DNA from: Streptosporangiaceae bacterium | GTDB lineage: Bacteria > Actinomycetota > Actinomycetes > Streptosporangiales > Streptosporangiaceae | DNA: 59,779 nt | Direction: 5' to 3' | Assembly (NCBI GenBank): GCA_030037785.1 | Contig: JASHQA010000118.1 | Span: 1-59,779 of the forward strand | In this document: positions 28,020-38,116 of the stretch, in pieces | Numbering within the stretch: the first letter of the stretch is position 1 | How the letters are laid out: every line of letters begins with the position of its first letter | Notes under the pieces: model-generated | Told to the model about the DNA's origin: nothing | The model's database searches: none | What the model saw: only the letters and a program-made list of their open reading frames with translations | Made by a program: the position numbers and the translations under genes

Positions 28020-28763
28020 GTGTCCATGCCGTTCGGTTACGTATCACCTGAGCAGTTGATGAAGGACAAGGCGGACTACGCCCGCCGGCGCATCGCCCAG
28101 AACAGTCGCAGCTGCGTGGTGCTGAGCTGTGAGGCCGGCATCCTGCTCGTCACCCCCAATTCCTCCAGGGCGCTGCGCAAGTTCAGCGAGCTGTACGACC
28201 TGATCGCGTTTGCCGCGGTCGGCCGGTACAACGAGTTCGAGACGCTGCGCAAGGCAGGCGTGCGGTACGCCGACGCAACCGGGTTCCAGTACGACCGGCG
28301 GGACGTGACCGCGCGCGGGCTCGCTGACTGGTACGGGCAGTTGCTCGGGTCGTTGTTCACCGACAGCCCCAAGCCGTACGAGGTCGAGATCGTGGTCGCG
28401 CAGGTCGCCAAGACCGCCGCCGACGACGAGATCTACCGGATCACCTTTGACGGCGCTGTCGGCGACGAGCGGGACTTCGTCGTCGTGGGTGGCCTGGCCG
28501 AGCGGGTCGCCGAGGTGATCAAGCAGCAGTATTCCGCGTCGATGTCGCTGACGGACGCCATGCGGCTGGCCATCCTGGCGCTGGCGGGCCAGGGTGACGG
28601 CGCCAGCGAGCCGCTGACGGCCGGCCAGCTCGAGGTTGCGCTGCTCGAACGTGAGCGGACACACCGAACATTCCGTCGTATTACCGGTCCGCGTCTGGAG
28701 GCCCTGCTGGCAGCGGCCAAGGCCGACGGCGAGGACGCAGCGAGCCCGGACGTCGCGGGCTGA
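28020..28763 (+). CDS. prcA: Proteasome subunit alpha PrcA
   Basis: MPFGYVSPEQLMKDKADYARR...ELYDLIAFAAVGRYNEFETLR... is collinear with remembered M. tuberculosis PrcA. Start GTG 28020 or ATG 28026. Confidence 0.95.
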   Translation: MSMPFGYVSPEQLMKDKADYARRRIAQNSRSCVVLSCEAGILLVTPNSSRALRKFSELYDLIAFAAVGRYNEFETLRKAGVRYADATGFQYDRRDVTARGLADWYGQLLGSLFTDSPKPYEVEIVVAQVAKTAADDEIYRITFDGAVGDERDFVVVGGLAERVAEVIKQQYSASMSLTDAMRLAILALAGQGDGASEPLTAGQLEVALLERERTHRTFRRITGPRLEALLAAAKADGEDAASPDVAG

Positions 28764-28873
28764 ACCGCGCCGCCAACCCGCCGCGCGCGCGTCGTGACGG
28801 CCCGGGGCGCCGTTGATAGCCTCGACAGACGTAGGGTCCCCGACCCGGCAGCAGGCGGTCCGCTGGAGGCACT

Positions 28874-30334
28874 GTGACATCCGACCTGGCGAGCATCATC
28901 GGTATCGAGGCGCCAACCGGCCTGCTGATAGGCGGGCAGTGGTCGGCGGGACGCGCCGGGCGGATGCCGGTGATGAATCCGGCCACTGAGGACGCGATCA
29001 CCGAGGTGGCGGACGCAAGTCCGGAGGACGCGCTGGAAGCCGTCGCCGTCGCGGCCGAGGCGCTGCCCCGATGGGCGGCCAGGCCGCCCAGGGAGCGGGG
29101 CGAGTGCCTGCGCCGAGCCTATGAGCTCATGATGCAGCGCTCGGAGCAGCTGGCCCGGCTGATGGTGCTCGAGAACGGCAAGGCGCTGCGGGACGCCAGG
29201 GGTGAGATCGCGTACGCGGCCGAGTTCTTCCGCTGGTACGCCGAAGAGGCCGTGCGGATCGACGGCTCGCTGTCGATCGCCCCGTCCGGGGCGAACCGGA
29301 TCATGGCGATCAGGCAGCCGGTCGGTGTCAGCTATCTGATCACGCCGTGGAACTTCCCGGCGGCGATGGCCACCCGCAAGATCGGCCCGGCGCTCGCGGC
29401 CGGGTGCACGGTCCTGCTCAAGCCCGCCAAGGAAACCCCGCTGACCGCGCTCGCGGTCGCGGACGTGCTCACCGAGGCTGGGGTGCCGGACGGCGTGGTG
29501 AACGTGCTGCCGACGACCAAGCCCGGCCCGCTGACGGAAGCCATCCTCGCCGACCCACGGGTGCGCAAGCTGTCGTTCACCGGATCCACGGAAGTCGGCC
29601 GGGTGCTGCTCAAGCAGGCGGCGGACCACGTCACGAACTGCTCGATGGAACTCGGCGGCAACGCTCCGTTCCTCGTGTTCGATGACGCTGACGTGGATGC
29701 GGCGGTTGACGGTGCTTTCCTCGCCAAGATGCGCAACGGCGGTGAGGCGTGCACCGCCGCGAACCGGTTCTACGTGCACGAGCTAGTGGCGGACGAGTTC
29801 GCGGCCAAGCTCAGCGCGCGACTGGCGGCGCTGCGGGTCGGCCCCGGCCTCGACGAGGGCGTGGACCTCGGCCCGTTGGTCAACGCCGACACCAGGGACA
29901 AGGTGGCCGGCCTGGTGGCGACGGCGGCCGGTGCCGGGGCCCGGCTGCTGACCGGCGGCCAGGCGCCCGACCGGGTGGGCTACTTCTACGCGCCGACCGT
30001 GCTGGACGCCGTGCCGCCTGGGGCTGGCATCCTCGCGACCGAGATCTTCGGGCCGGTCGCGCCCATCGTCAGGTTCACCAGCGAACAGGACGCCGTCGCG
30101 CTGGCCAACGCGACCGAATACGGCCTGGTGTCCTACCTGTACTCGACTGACCTGCGCCGCTGCCTGCGGGTTGCGGAGGCACTGGAAGCGGGCATGATCG
30201 GGGTTAACCGGGGCGTGGTGTCCGACCCGGCGGCGCCGTTCGGCGGCGTCAAGCAGTCAGGTCTCGGGCGCGAAGGCGCACACGACGGGCTGCTTGAGTT
30301 CACCGAGACCAAGTACATCGCCGTGGACTGGTAG
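28874..30334 (+). CDS. gabD: NAD(P)-dependent succinate-semialdehyde dehydrogenase (aldehyde dehydrogenase family)
   Basis: [22 protein letters not shown] (catalytic Glu), GEACTAANR (catalytic Cys), EEFTETKY-like C-terminus. Confidence 0.8.
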   Translation: MTSDLASIIGIEAPTGLLIGGQWSAGRAGRMPVMNPATEDAITEVADASPEDALEAVAVAAEALPRWAARPPRERGECLRRAYELMMQRSEQLARLMVLENGKALRDARGEIAYAAEFFRWYAEEAVRIDGSLSIAPSGANRIMAIRQPVGVSYLITPWNFPAAMATRKIGPALAAGCTVLLKPAKETPLTALAVADVLTEAGVPDGVVNVLPTTKPGPLTEAILADPRVRKLSFTGSTEVGRVLLKQAADHVTNCSMELGGNAPFLVFDDADVDAAVDGAFLAKMRNGGEACTAANRFYVHELVADEFAAKLSARLAALRVGPGLDEGVDLGPLVNADTRDKVAGLVATAAGAGARLLTGGQAPDRVGYFYAPTVLDAVPPGAGILATEIFGPVAPIVRFTSEQDAVALANATEYGLVSYLYSTDLRRCLRVAEALEAGMIGVNRGVVSDPAAPFGGVKQSGLGREGAHDGLLEFTETKYIAVDW

Positions 30335-30354
30335 CCGGATGGACAGTGTCCGCA

Positions 30355-31713
30355 ATGGATAGGCGCATCTTCGGTCTGGAGAACGAGTACGGCGTCACCT
30401 GCACGTTCCGCGGTCAGCGTCGGCTATCCCCAGACGAGGTAGCCAGGTACCTGTTCCGGCGTGTCGTGTCGTGGGGCCGCTCCAGCAATGTGTTCCTGCG
30501 TAACGGCGCCCGGCTGTACCTGGATGTCGGCAGCCACCCCGAGTACGCGACGCCGGAGTGCGACAACCTGATCGACCTCGTCACCCATGACAAGGCTGGC
30601 GAGCGCATCCTGGAGGGACTGCTCGTAGACGCCGATACCCGGCTGCGGGAAGAGGGCATCGCCGGCGACATCTACTTGTTCAAGAACAACACCGACTCGG
30701 CCGGCAACTCCTACGGGTGCCACGAGAACTACCTGGTCGGCCGTCACGGCGAATTCGGCAGGCTCGCCGACGTGCTGATCCCGTTCCTGGTCACCCGGCA
30801 GATCATCTGCGGGGCCGGCAAGGTGCTGCAGACTCCGCGGGGGGCCGTGTACTGCGTGAGCCAGCGCGCCGAGCACATCTGGGAGGGCGTGTCGTCCGCG
30901 ACGACCCGCTCCCGGCCCATCATCAACACCCGCGACGAGCCGCACGCAGACGCCGAGCGATTCCGGCGACTGCACGTGATCGTCGGCGACTCGAACATGA
31001 GCGAGACCACCATGCTGCTCAAGGTCGGGGCCACCGACCTGGTGCTGCGGATGGTCGAGGCCGGCATCGTGATGCGCGACCTGACGCTGGAGAACCCGAT
31101 CCGGGCCATCAGGGACGTCAGTCACGATATGACCGGCCGGCGCAAGGTGCGGCTGGCCAACGGCCGCGAGGTCAGCGCTCTCGACGTGCAGATGGAGTAC
31201 CTGGCGAAGGCGCTGGACTTCACCGCCCGTAAGGGCGCCGACAAGGTCACGAGCCGAGTGCTCGAGCTGTGGGAACGGACCCTGCGGGCGGTCGAGACCG
31301 ATGACCTGGGCCTGGTCTCGCGCGAGATCGACTGGGTCACCAAGCTCGAGCTGATCGACCGGTATCGGGCTAAGCACGACCTGCCGCTGGCGTCGCCCAG
31401 GGTTGCCCAGCTGGACCTGGCGTATCACGACGTGCACCGCGGCCGCGGCCTGTACTACCTGCTGCAAAAGCGCGGCGCGGTCGAACGGGCCTGCCGGGAC
31501 CTGGACATTTTCGCAGCCAAGAACATCCCGCCGCAGACGACCAGGGCCAGGCTCCGCGGCGAGTTCATCCGCCGGGCCCAGGAACGGCGCCGTGACTTCA
31601 CCGTCGACTGGGTGCATCTCAAGCTGAACGACCAGGCGCAGCGCACCGTGCTGTGCAAGGACCCGTTCCGCGCGGTCGATGAGCGGGTGGAGAAGCTCAT
31701 CGCGGGTATGTAA
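30355..31713 (+). CDS. pafA: Pup--protein ligase PafA
   Basis: [18 protein letters not shown]..., [23 protein letters not shown]. The 452 aa from ATG 30355 matches the length I remember for M. tuberculosis PafA (track ORF starts at GTG 30346). Confidence 0.95.
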   Translation: MDRRIFGLENEYGVTCTFRGQRRLSPDEVARYLFRRVVSWGRSSNVFLRNGARLYLDVGSHPEYATPECDNLIDLVTHDKAGERILEGLLVDADTRLREEGIAGDIYLFKNNTDSAGNSYGCHENYLVGRHGEFGRLADVLIPFLVTRQIICGAGKVLQTPRGAVYCVSQRAEHIWEGVSSATTRSRPIINTRDEPHADAERFRRLHVIVGDSNMSETTMLLKVGATDLVLRMVEAGIVMRDLTLENPIRAIRDVSHDMTGRRKVRLANGREVSALDVQMEYLAKALDFTARKGADKVTSRVLELWERTLRAVETDDLGLVSREIDWVTKLELIDRYRAKHDLPLASPRVAQLDLAYHDVHRGRGLYYLLQKRGAVERACRDLDIFAAKNIPPQTTRARLRGEFIRRAQERRRDFTVDWVHLKLNDQAQRTVLCKDPFRAVDERVEKLIAGM

Positions 31714-31759
31714 CGCCCCGCATGCGGCGATAGCCGGTTCGCTACTGACCGGTAAAGTT

Positions 31760-31775
31760 CGGGGGTCGTCCCCCG
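31760..31775 (+). terminator. Short GC hairpin after pafA
   Basis: CGGGGG-tcgt-CCCCCG, 47 nt after the pafA stop. Confidence 0.3.
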
Positions 31776-31802
31776 GGGTGCGCACGTGATCGGGGGGTCC
31801 GG

Positions 31803-33437
31803 TTGATGTCACGGCTGCCCCTGACGCTGCGGCCGAGTCGGCCTGCCGACACGCGTGCTCGCACCGAGGAGCGGCTGCCGTGGCCGCGCAGACTGCAGCC
31901 CGCAGCCAGGGCCGCCCTGACGGCGGCGGGCTGGCTGGCGGCTGCGGTGGCGCTGTTCGCGTGCTATCTGCACGTGTCGCGCACGGTCCCGGCGAACTCG
32001 GACGGCGCCTCCATCGCCCTGCAGGCCTGGGCGATGCTGCACGGGAACCCGCTGCTGCGCGGCTGGTGGCTGTCGGACGTGGTGTTCTACACCACCGAGC
32101 TGCCACAGTACATGATCATCGAGTCCGTCCACGGGCTGCGGCCGGACGACATCCACATCGCGGCCGCGATGACCTACACCCTGCTGGTGCTGCTGGCTGC
32201 CTTCGTCGCCAAGGGCCGGGCGTCCGGCGCCGAGGGTCTGATGCGCGCCGCGCTCGCGGCCGGCATCATGGTGGCCCCGCCGCAGGGCAGCGTCTACGAC
32301 CTGATGCTCGAGCCCGACCACGTCGGCAGCGTGGTGCCGGTGCTGCTGCTGGTGCTGGTGCTGGACCGGGCTGGCCGCCGGTGGTTCGTGCCCGTGCTGG
32401 CGTTTCTGCTGGTTGCCTGGGCGCTCGTCGCCGACCAGGTGATCCTCATCTCGATGGTCGGACCGCTGATCATTGTCGCGGTGGTGCGCGGCTACCGGCG
32501 GCTGGCGGTGCTTGGCCGCAAGGCCTGGACGGCGTGGTTCGAGGTCGGCCTGATCGTTGCCGCGGTGGCGGGTGCCGTCGCGGCCAGCCGGATTCTCAAG
32601 CTGATCAAGGACAGCGGTGGCTTCCGGGTGAACCCGGTCAACAACCAGCTGGCCTGGTTCGACACGCTGCCGCACAATGCCCTCGAGACAATTCAGGCGT
32701 TCCTCGTGCTCTTCGGCGCGAACTTCCCCGGCCACCAGATTGGCTTCGTGGCAGCGGTGGGCCTGCTGCACCTCGTCGGCATCGGCCTGGTGCTGTGGGC
32801 GGTCTGCGTGGCGCTGCGGCGGCTGTGGCGGCTGCCGATCGCGGTCGAGCTGATGGCGGTCTCGGTCTGCTTCACCGTGCTCGCCTACCTGCTCGGCCCG
32901 AACGCGCTCACGGCGCAGTCCAGCCGGGAGATCGCCGCCGTGCTGCCGGTCGGGGCGGCCCTGGCCGGAAGGCTACTCGCCCGGCGACTGCGCCGGGCCC
33001 GGCTGGCGCCCGCGCTTGCGGCCGTGCTGGCCGTGTACCTGGCCGGGCTGGCGTTCTACGCGACCCGGCCGCCGGTGCCCGCGAACAATCAGACGCTGGC
33101 CGCCTGGCTGGCTCAGCACCGGCTGACGTACGGACTGACCCCCAGCTACTGGATCGGCAACTCCACCACGGTGGACAGTGGCGGGAAGATCGCGGTACGC
33201 ACCGTGCAGACTGGCGGGAAGACCGTCTCGCCCAACCTCTGGGAGATCGATCTCCGCTGGTACTCGGCCAAGGCGCACGTGGCGAACTTCGTCGTCATGC
33301 CCGGGCCCGGCGTCTGGCGCGACAACCCGGCTGCCTACCCCATGCTGCACAGCTTCGGCAAGCCTGCCCACGTGTACGTGCTGCCCGACTACACGGTGCT
33401 GGTCTGGAACCACAACCTGCTGTCGCAGCTCACTTGA
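31803..33437 (+). CDS. Large polytopic membrane protein, possibly a GT-C-type glycosyltransferase
   Basis: At least 10 hydrophobic spans, an early loop with ANSDGASIALQAWAM, and a C-terminal soluble domain of about 110 aa. Membrane-protein call is firm; the enzymatic family is a guess. TTG 31803 or ATG 31806. Confidence 0.6.
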   Translation: MMSRLPLTLRPSRPADTRARTEERLPWPRRLQPAARAALTAAGWLAAAVALFACYLHVSRTVPANSDGASIALQAWAMLHGNPLLRGWWLSDVVFYTTELPQYMIIESVHGLRPDDIHIAAAMTYTLLVLLAAFVAKGRASGAEGLMRAALAAGIMVAPPQGSVYDLMLEPDHVGSVVPVLLLVLVLDRAGRRWFVPVLAFLLVAWALVADQVILISMVGPLIIVAVVRGYRRLAVLGRKAWTAWFEVGLIVAAVAGAVAASRILKLIKDSGGFRVNPVNNQLAWFDTLPHNALETIQAFLVLFGANFPGHQIGFVAAVGLLHLVGIGLVLWAVCVALRRLWRLPIAVELMAVSVCFTVLAYLLGPNALTAQSSREIAAVLPVGAALAGRLLARRLRRARLAPALAAVLAVYLAGLAFYATRPPVPANNQTLAAWLAQHRLTYGLTPSYWIGNSTTVDSGGKIAVRTVQTGGKTVSPNLWEIDLRWYSAKAHVANFVVMPGPGVWRDNPAAYPMLHSFGKPAHVYVLPDYTVLVWNHNLLSQLT

Positions 33438-33493
33438 CGCCTGCGCTCGGCGCGTGGTACGAGCCAGCCGCAACCGGCGGTAGGCTGGCCGCC

Positions 33494-34450
33494 ATGCGCC
33501 GCATCGCCCTCGCCGTAGTCGCACCCCTTGCCGCCGCCGCCGTCCTGGCGGGCTGCGGAGGGGCGCCTTCCGGCAACTCCAACGACGCCGTGAAGGTGAC
33601 CGGCAGCTTCAACAAGTCGCCGTCGGTGACCATCCCGGCCGAGAAGGCCAGCACCAACCTGGTCGTGCGGAAGCTGATCGACGGGAAGGGCGCGCTACTC
33701 AAGGCGGGCAACGCCGCCCTCGCGAACGTGGTCATTTACAAGTGGAGCGGCACCACGCACAGCCTGGTCGACTCCACGTTCAGCACCGGCCCGCAGATAA
33801 TCCCGTCCGACTCGGGCCTGCCGGGCCTCACCACCGCGCTGAAGGGCGCCCGCCTGGGCAGCAGGGTGGTGGCCGTGCTGCCGCCCAAGTACGGCTACGG
33901 CAGCTCGGGTGACTCGTCGCTCGGCATCACCGGCACGGACACGCTGGTCTGGGTCATCGACCTGCTCCAGCAGTATGCGACCAATCAGTCGGCGTCGGGC
34001 CAGCAGGTCTCCACCGGAGGCGGCGCGCTGCCGACCGTGACGGCGCAGCCGGGCCAGGCCCCCGTGACAACCATCCCGAAGACCTCGCCCCCGAGCACGC
34101 TCTCGGTGACCACGCTGGTCCAGGGATCGGGGCCCCACCTCGCCAAGGGTGACACCGTGGTGGCACAGTACGTCGGGTCCATCTGGCGGACCGGCCAGGT
34201 GTTCAGCAGCACCTGGCCCTCGACAGACCAGCCGATAGGGGCGCCGTTCAGCTTCCAGCTCGGTGGGAACGTGCTGACCGGATTCTCGGAGGGCCTGACC
34301 GGGGTGTCGGTCGGCAGCCGGGTCATGCTCGTCATCCCGCCGTCACTGGGCTACGGACCGGAAGGCGGCAACTCCAGCGCGGGCATCGAGAAGAACGACA
34401 CGCTCGTGTTCGTCGTCGACGTGATCGGGTACCTGCCAGCCCACAGCTAG
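33494..34450 (+). CDS. Lipoprotein with two FKBP-type peptidyl-prolyl isomerase domains
   Basis: MRRIALAVVAPLAAAAVLAGC lipobox. Two FKBP-like modules, each ending ...PPKYGYG...DTLVWVIDLL / ...PPSLGYG...DTLVFVVDVI. It is the 3' part of frame-fused track ORF 31880..34450. Confidence 0.85.
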   Translation: MRRIALAVVAPLAAAAVLAGCGGAPSGNSNDAVKVTGSFNKSPSVTIPAEKASTNLVVRKLIDGKGALLKAGNAALANVVIYKWSGTTHSLVDSTFSTGPQIIPSDSGLPGLTTALKGARLGSRVVAVLPPKYGYGSSGDSSLGITGTDTLVWVIDLLQQYATNQSASGQQVSTGGGALPTVTAQPGQAPVTTIPKTSPPSTLSVTTLVQGSGPHLAKGDTVVAQYVGSIWRTGQVFSSTWPSTDQPIGAPFSFQLGGNVLTGFSEGLTGVSVGSRVMLVIPPSLGYGPEGGNSSAGIEKNDTLVFVVDVIGYLPAHS

Positions 34451-34493
34451 CGAAGCCTGCTTCGGAGGTCGTGCCCTCGGGGTCCCGGCGGTG

Positions 34494-36059
34494 TCAGTTC
34501 CACCGCTCGAACGGCTCGATGAGCTCGACGCCTGCCAGGAAAGCTGGCAGCAGCTCCGGGAGCCGGCCCGGATAGAAGCGCTCGGCGCTGGACGCCAGCT
34601 CCGGAAGCCGCCACCAGCGCGCGCCGGTGTACTCCTCGCGCTCCTCGGCCGTGCGCCCGCCGCCGCTGATCGGCGGGGCGCTGGCGTCGAGGTCGACGCC
34701 GACCACGACCTCATGCTGGAGCCGCCGGAGCCCGCGCGCGGACCAGGTGGCACTGCGTCGCCAGCGCGGCGGTCCCACCTGACCGGGTGATATCACCAGC
34801 CCGGTCTCCTCGCCGAGTTCGCGCACCGCTGCCTCGACGTACCCTTCGCCGGGTTCGATCCCGCCGCCCGGCAGCTCCCACCAGTGCCCGGCGGCTCTGG
34901 AGGCGAGCTCGGCGCGCAGCAGGAGGATCCGGCCGTCGCGGTCGCGCAGCACGACCCGGACGCAGGACCGCTCTGCGTCGTAGCGCGGGCGCTCGGCGGC
35001 GAGGGCGGCCGCGTGCCGCCCGGCAGCCGCCGCGGCCAGGAAATAGGACGGGTCCTCGTCCAGGCCGCGGCCCATGGTCTGCAGCGCGACCGGGCTGGTG
35101 CGCAGCGCCTCGGCCAGCCCCGCGACGCTCACGGATACCAGGTTGTGCCTGCTGGCCAGGCCGGCGACCGCGGCGTGCACCCGCGCGCCGAGTTCGCCCG
35201 CCAGAGCGGGCACTACCAGGTCGGCCCGAGCCAGCGCCACCTGACCGTAGGCGGTCAGGCTGTGGTGGGAAACGCCCTGGTGTCGCTCGCGCTTGTCGGC
35301 GCCGCTGATCCGCAGCGAGCCGACCGGCCTGCCGTGCAGCACGGCGGCCGCGTTGACCGCCTCACCCGCGGCGACGCCGGAGAATCCCCACCGGGTGCCG
35401 GTGCCCAGGTTGCCGGGTCCCTGGGCCACGATCGCCAGCTCAGCGCCGAGCGCGTGCCGTGCCGCCAGCAGGCCGCTGTGCACGGTCACCGCCTCAAGGT
35501 CGCCGCCGAACGCCTGTCCCACGGTGACCGTGCCGGCCAGCCAGCCGGCTTCGGTGAGCGCGGCAGCGGACCGGGAGAACCAGGCTGGGAGCGCTCCGCC
35601 GTCCTGCATCACGTAGCCGATGCGGGCGCCGGGCCTGCTCGCCAGGTAACCGGCCGCGATGGCTGGCACAGCGGAGTGCAGGTCGGCGACCACCACCGGG
35701 AGGCCAGCCAGGTCGTCGGCGTCGCGCAGCGCGTCGTAGAACGGCGAACCCGGCTCGTCAGCACCGGGGACGCACGCCTGCAGCGGCGTGTATCGGGCCT
35801 TCACCAGATGGCCCAGGCTGCCGGGATCGGGCGGCAGCCGGTCCGGGACGGCAACCACGAGGGCATAACCACCGGTACCGAGGCCGAGGTCCAGGGCGGC
35901 GGTGTTCAGCAGGACCCGGTCGCCTGGCCGCGGCGTGCCGGTGAGCGCAGGGTAGGCGATGGCGGGCACGCTGGCACCGTCGACCGCCACCTCGACCTCC
36001 AGCGCGCCGCGCCACGCCCGGCCGAGCGCGGAAACTTCGCCAGTTCGCCACCTGATCAC
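34494..36059 (-). CDS. DUF3866 domain fused to a C-terminal Nudix hydrolase domain
   Basis: The N-terminal ~360 aa (MIRWRTGEV...LNTAALDLGLGTGGYALVVA...HLVKARYTPLQ...) matches my memory of DUF3866 proteins. Residues ~362-505 carry a perfect Nudix box GGGIEPGEGYVEAAVRELGEETGL (nt 34800-34868). One uninterrupted frame. Confidence 0.7.
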   Translation of the reverse strand: MIRWRTGEVSALGRAWRGALEVEVAVDGASVPAIAYPALTGTPRPGDRVLLNTAALDLGLGTGGYALVVAVPDRLPPDPGSLGHLVKARYTPLQACVPGADEPGSPFYDALRDADDLAGLPVVVADLHSAVPAIAAGYLASRPGARIGYVMQDGGALPAWFSRSAAALTEAGWLAGTVTVGQAFGGDLEAVTVHSGLLAARHALGAELAIVAQGPGNLGTGTRWGFSGVAAGEAVNAAAVLHGRPVGSLRISGADKRERHQGVSHHSLTAYGQVALARADLVVPALAGELGARVHAAVAGLASRHNLVSVSVAGLAEALRTSPVALQTMGRGLDEDPSYFLAAAAAGRHAAALAAERPRYDAERSCVRVVLRDRDGRILLLRAELASRAAGHWWELPGGGIEPGEGYVEAAVRELGEETGLVISPGQVGPPRWRRSATWSARGLRRLQHEVVVGVDLDASAPPISGGGRTAEEREEYTGARWWRLPELASSAERFYPGRLPELLPAFLAGVELIEPFERWN

Positions 36060-36065
36060 TCCGGC

Positions 36066-36071
36066 AATGTA
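36066..36071 (-). promoter_or_regulatory. -10-like TACATT 6 nt upstream of the DUF3866-Nudix GTG (leaderless candidate)
   Basis: The minus strand reads TACATT-GCCGGA-GTG(36059). No SD sequence. Confidence 0.3.
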
Positions 36072-36137
36072 GCGTCACCCACGGGAGGCAAGCCCCCCGT
36101 GCGCCACCAATTAACCTTGTTGCGGGAAGGGGTGGCG

Positions 36138-37094
36138 ATGTCCAGGCGCAAGACTGAACGGCTGCTGAGCCTCGTGGTTTGCCTGCTGTCGGCGCGCAGA
36201 CACCTCACCGCCACTCAGATCAGGGCGGCGGTACCCGGCTACCCGGAGTCGTTCGACGCCTTCAAGCGGATGTTCGAGCGAGATAAGGAAGAGCTGCGCG
36301 AGCTGGGCATCCCGCTGGAGACGGGCACCAACGCCACCGGCGACGAGGAGCTGGGCTACCGGATCTCACGGCAGGCCTATGAGCTGCCTGATATCAGGCT
36401 GGAGCCGGACGAGGTCGCCGTGCTCGGCCTCGCGGCCCGGGTATGGCGCCGCGCAGAGCTGGCGGAAGCGGCTGACGGTGCCTTGCTGAAGCTGCGCGCC
36501 GCGGGCATCGATGCCGAGGACGACCTGAGCCAGCTCAGGATCGAGCCGCGCGTCCGGACCGCAGAGCCAGCATTCAGCCCGCTGTGGGAGGCGGTCAGGG
36601 ACCGCCGGCCGGTGTCGTTCGGGTATCGGGTGCCGGGCCGGGATGCCGCGCTGCGCCGCCATCTCGAGCCGTGGGGGGTGGGCTACCGCAGCGGCCACTG
36701 GTACGTCGTCGGGCTCGACACCGACCGCGGCGCCAAGCGCGTGTTCCGGCTCAGCAGGATCGAGGGCGCGGTCGCCTTCACCGGCCCAGCCGGGTCGGTC
36801 ACCGTGCCGCCCGGCACCGACGTCCGGGCTGCGGTCCGCGACTGGGACTACGAGGCAGCGGCGGCGCGGACGTGCCTGCTGCGGGTGCGGGCCGGCGCCG
36901 GCCACGACCTGCGCCGGTACGCCGACCGGATTTCGGCCGACCGGCACCCGGGCTGGGATCTGGTCGAGGTGAGCTACACCGACACCACCTGGTGGAGTGA
37001 GCACATCGCGTCGTTCGGTGCCGACGTGGTGGTGCTCGAGCCGAGCGACCTGCGGGATGCCGTGATCGGGCGGCTTAAGGGGGTGCTCGCGTGA
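36138..37094 (+). CDS. pafB: PafB (HTH-WYL transcriptional regulator, proteasome accessory factor B)
   Basis: MSRRKTERLLSLVVCLLSARRHLTATQIRAAVPGY... (wHTH) followed by a WYL domain (FGYRVPGRD...HWYVVGLD). Start ATG 36138 or GTG 32 bases of the same codon run earlier at 36132. The upstream part of track ORF 34884.. is junk. Confidence 0.9.
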   Translation: MSRRKTERLLSLVVCLLSARRHLTATQIRAAVPGYPESFDAFKRMFERDKEELRELGIPLETGTNATGDEELGYRISRQAYELPDIRLEPDEVAVLGLAARVWRRAELAEAADGALLKLRAAGIDAEDDLSQLRIEPRVRTAEPAFSPLWEAVRDRRPVSFGYRVPGRDAALRRHLEPWGVGYRSGHWYVVGLDTDRGAKRVFRLSRIEGAVAFTGPAGSVTVPPGTDVRAAVRDWDYEAAAARTCLLRVRAGAGHDLRRYADRISADRHPGWDLVEVSYTDTTWWSEHIASFGADVVVLEPSDLRDAVIGRLKGVLA

Positions 37095-38116
37095 CGTCGC
37101 GGGCGGATCCGCGCCCGGCCAGCGCGGCGGGCAAGCCCAGCCGGGCGGCTGGCGAGACCGCGACCGAGCGGCTGCAGCGGCTGCTGGCCTTGGTGCCATA
37201 CGTGCTGCGCAGGAACGTAGCCGGGATGGCGGAGACCGCGGCGGCCTTCGGCATCACCGAGCGCGAGCTTGTCGATGACCTGAACCTGCTGTGGTGCGTC
37301 GAGCTGCGCTCGCCCGACCCCTACTGCCCCATCGACCTGTCCTACGAGGGCGGGGAGATCGTGGTGAGCGAGGCCGAGGGCATCGACCGGCCGCTCCGGC
37401 TCGGCGTCGACGAAGCCTGCGCGCTGCTGATCGCGCTGCGCATGCTGACTGAACTTCCCGACGTCGGCGACGGCGCGGCGCTGGCCCGCACGATTGCCAA
37501 GCTCGAAGCGGCGGCCGGGGCGGCGGCTGGTCCGAGCGCCCAGGTGGCCGTCGCGGTCGACGACGTCGCGGCGCAGTCAGCCGTGACCGCGGTCGCCGAC
37601 GCCCTCGAGCGCGGCAGGCGGCTGCACATCTCGTACTACGTGCCGGGCCGGGACGAAGCCACCGAGCGTGACGTCGACCCGATGCGGCTGGTGGTGTCGG
37701 AGGGCTTCACGTACCTGGAGGGCTGGTGCCGACGGGCGGACGCGGTCCGGCTGTTCCGGCTGGATCGGTTCCTTGCCGTCGAAGTTCTCGAGGTGCCGAA
37801 GAACGTGCCGCCAACTGCTCAGCACGTCGACGTCGACCACGGCCTGTTCCGGCCCTCGCCGCAGGACGTGCACGTCGTGCTGGAGCTTGGCCCGCGCGGT
37901 CGGTGGGTTGCCGACTACTATCCGTGCGAGCAGGTTACGGAGCTGCCCGACGGCTGGCTCCGCATCCGGCTGCGAACGCCAGACACGCGACTGGCGCGCA
38001 GGCTGGCGCTGCGGCTCGGCGAGGACGGCCGGCTGGTGTCGCCGCCCGGCCTCGTCAGCGAGCTGATGTCCGACGCTAGGGCCGCGCTGAGTAATTACGA
38101 TAATTGGGATGAATAG
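37091..38116 (+). CDS. pafC: PafC (HTH-WYL regulator, proteasome accessory factor C)
   Basis: GTGA overlap with pafB. TERLQRLLALVPYVL...AAFGITERELVDDLNLLWCVE..., WYL-type C-terminal half. Confidence 0.9.
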   Translation: MTSRADPRPASAAGKPSRAAGETATERLQRLLALVPYVLRRNVAGMAETAAAFGITERELVDDLNLLWCVELRSPDPYCPIDLSYEGGEIVVSEAEGIDRPLRLGVDEACALLIALRMLTELPDVGDGAALARTIAKLEAAAGAAAGPSAQVAVAVDDVAAQSAVTAVADALERGRRLHISYYVPGRDEATERDVDPMRLVVSEGFTYLEGWCRRADAVRLFRLDRFLAVEVLEVPKNVPPTAQHVDVDHGLFRPSPQDVHVVLELGPRGRWVADYYPCEQVTELPDGWLRIRLRTPDTRLARRLALRLGEDGRLVSPPGLVSELMSDARAALSNYDNWDE

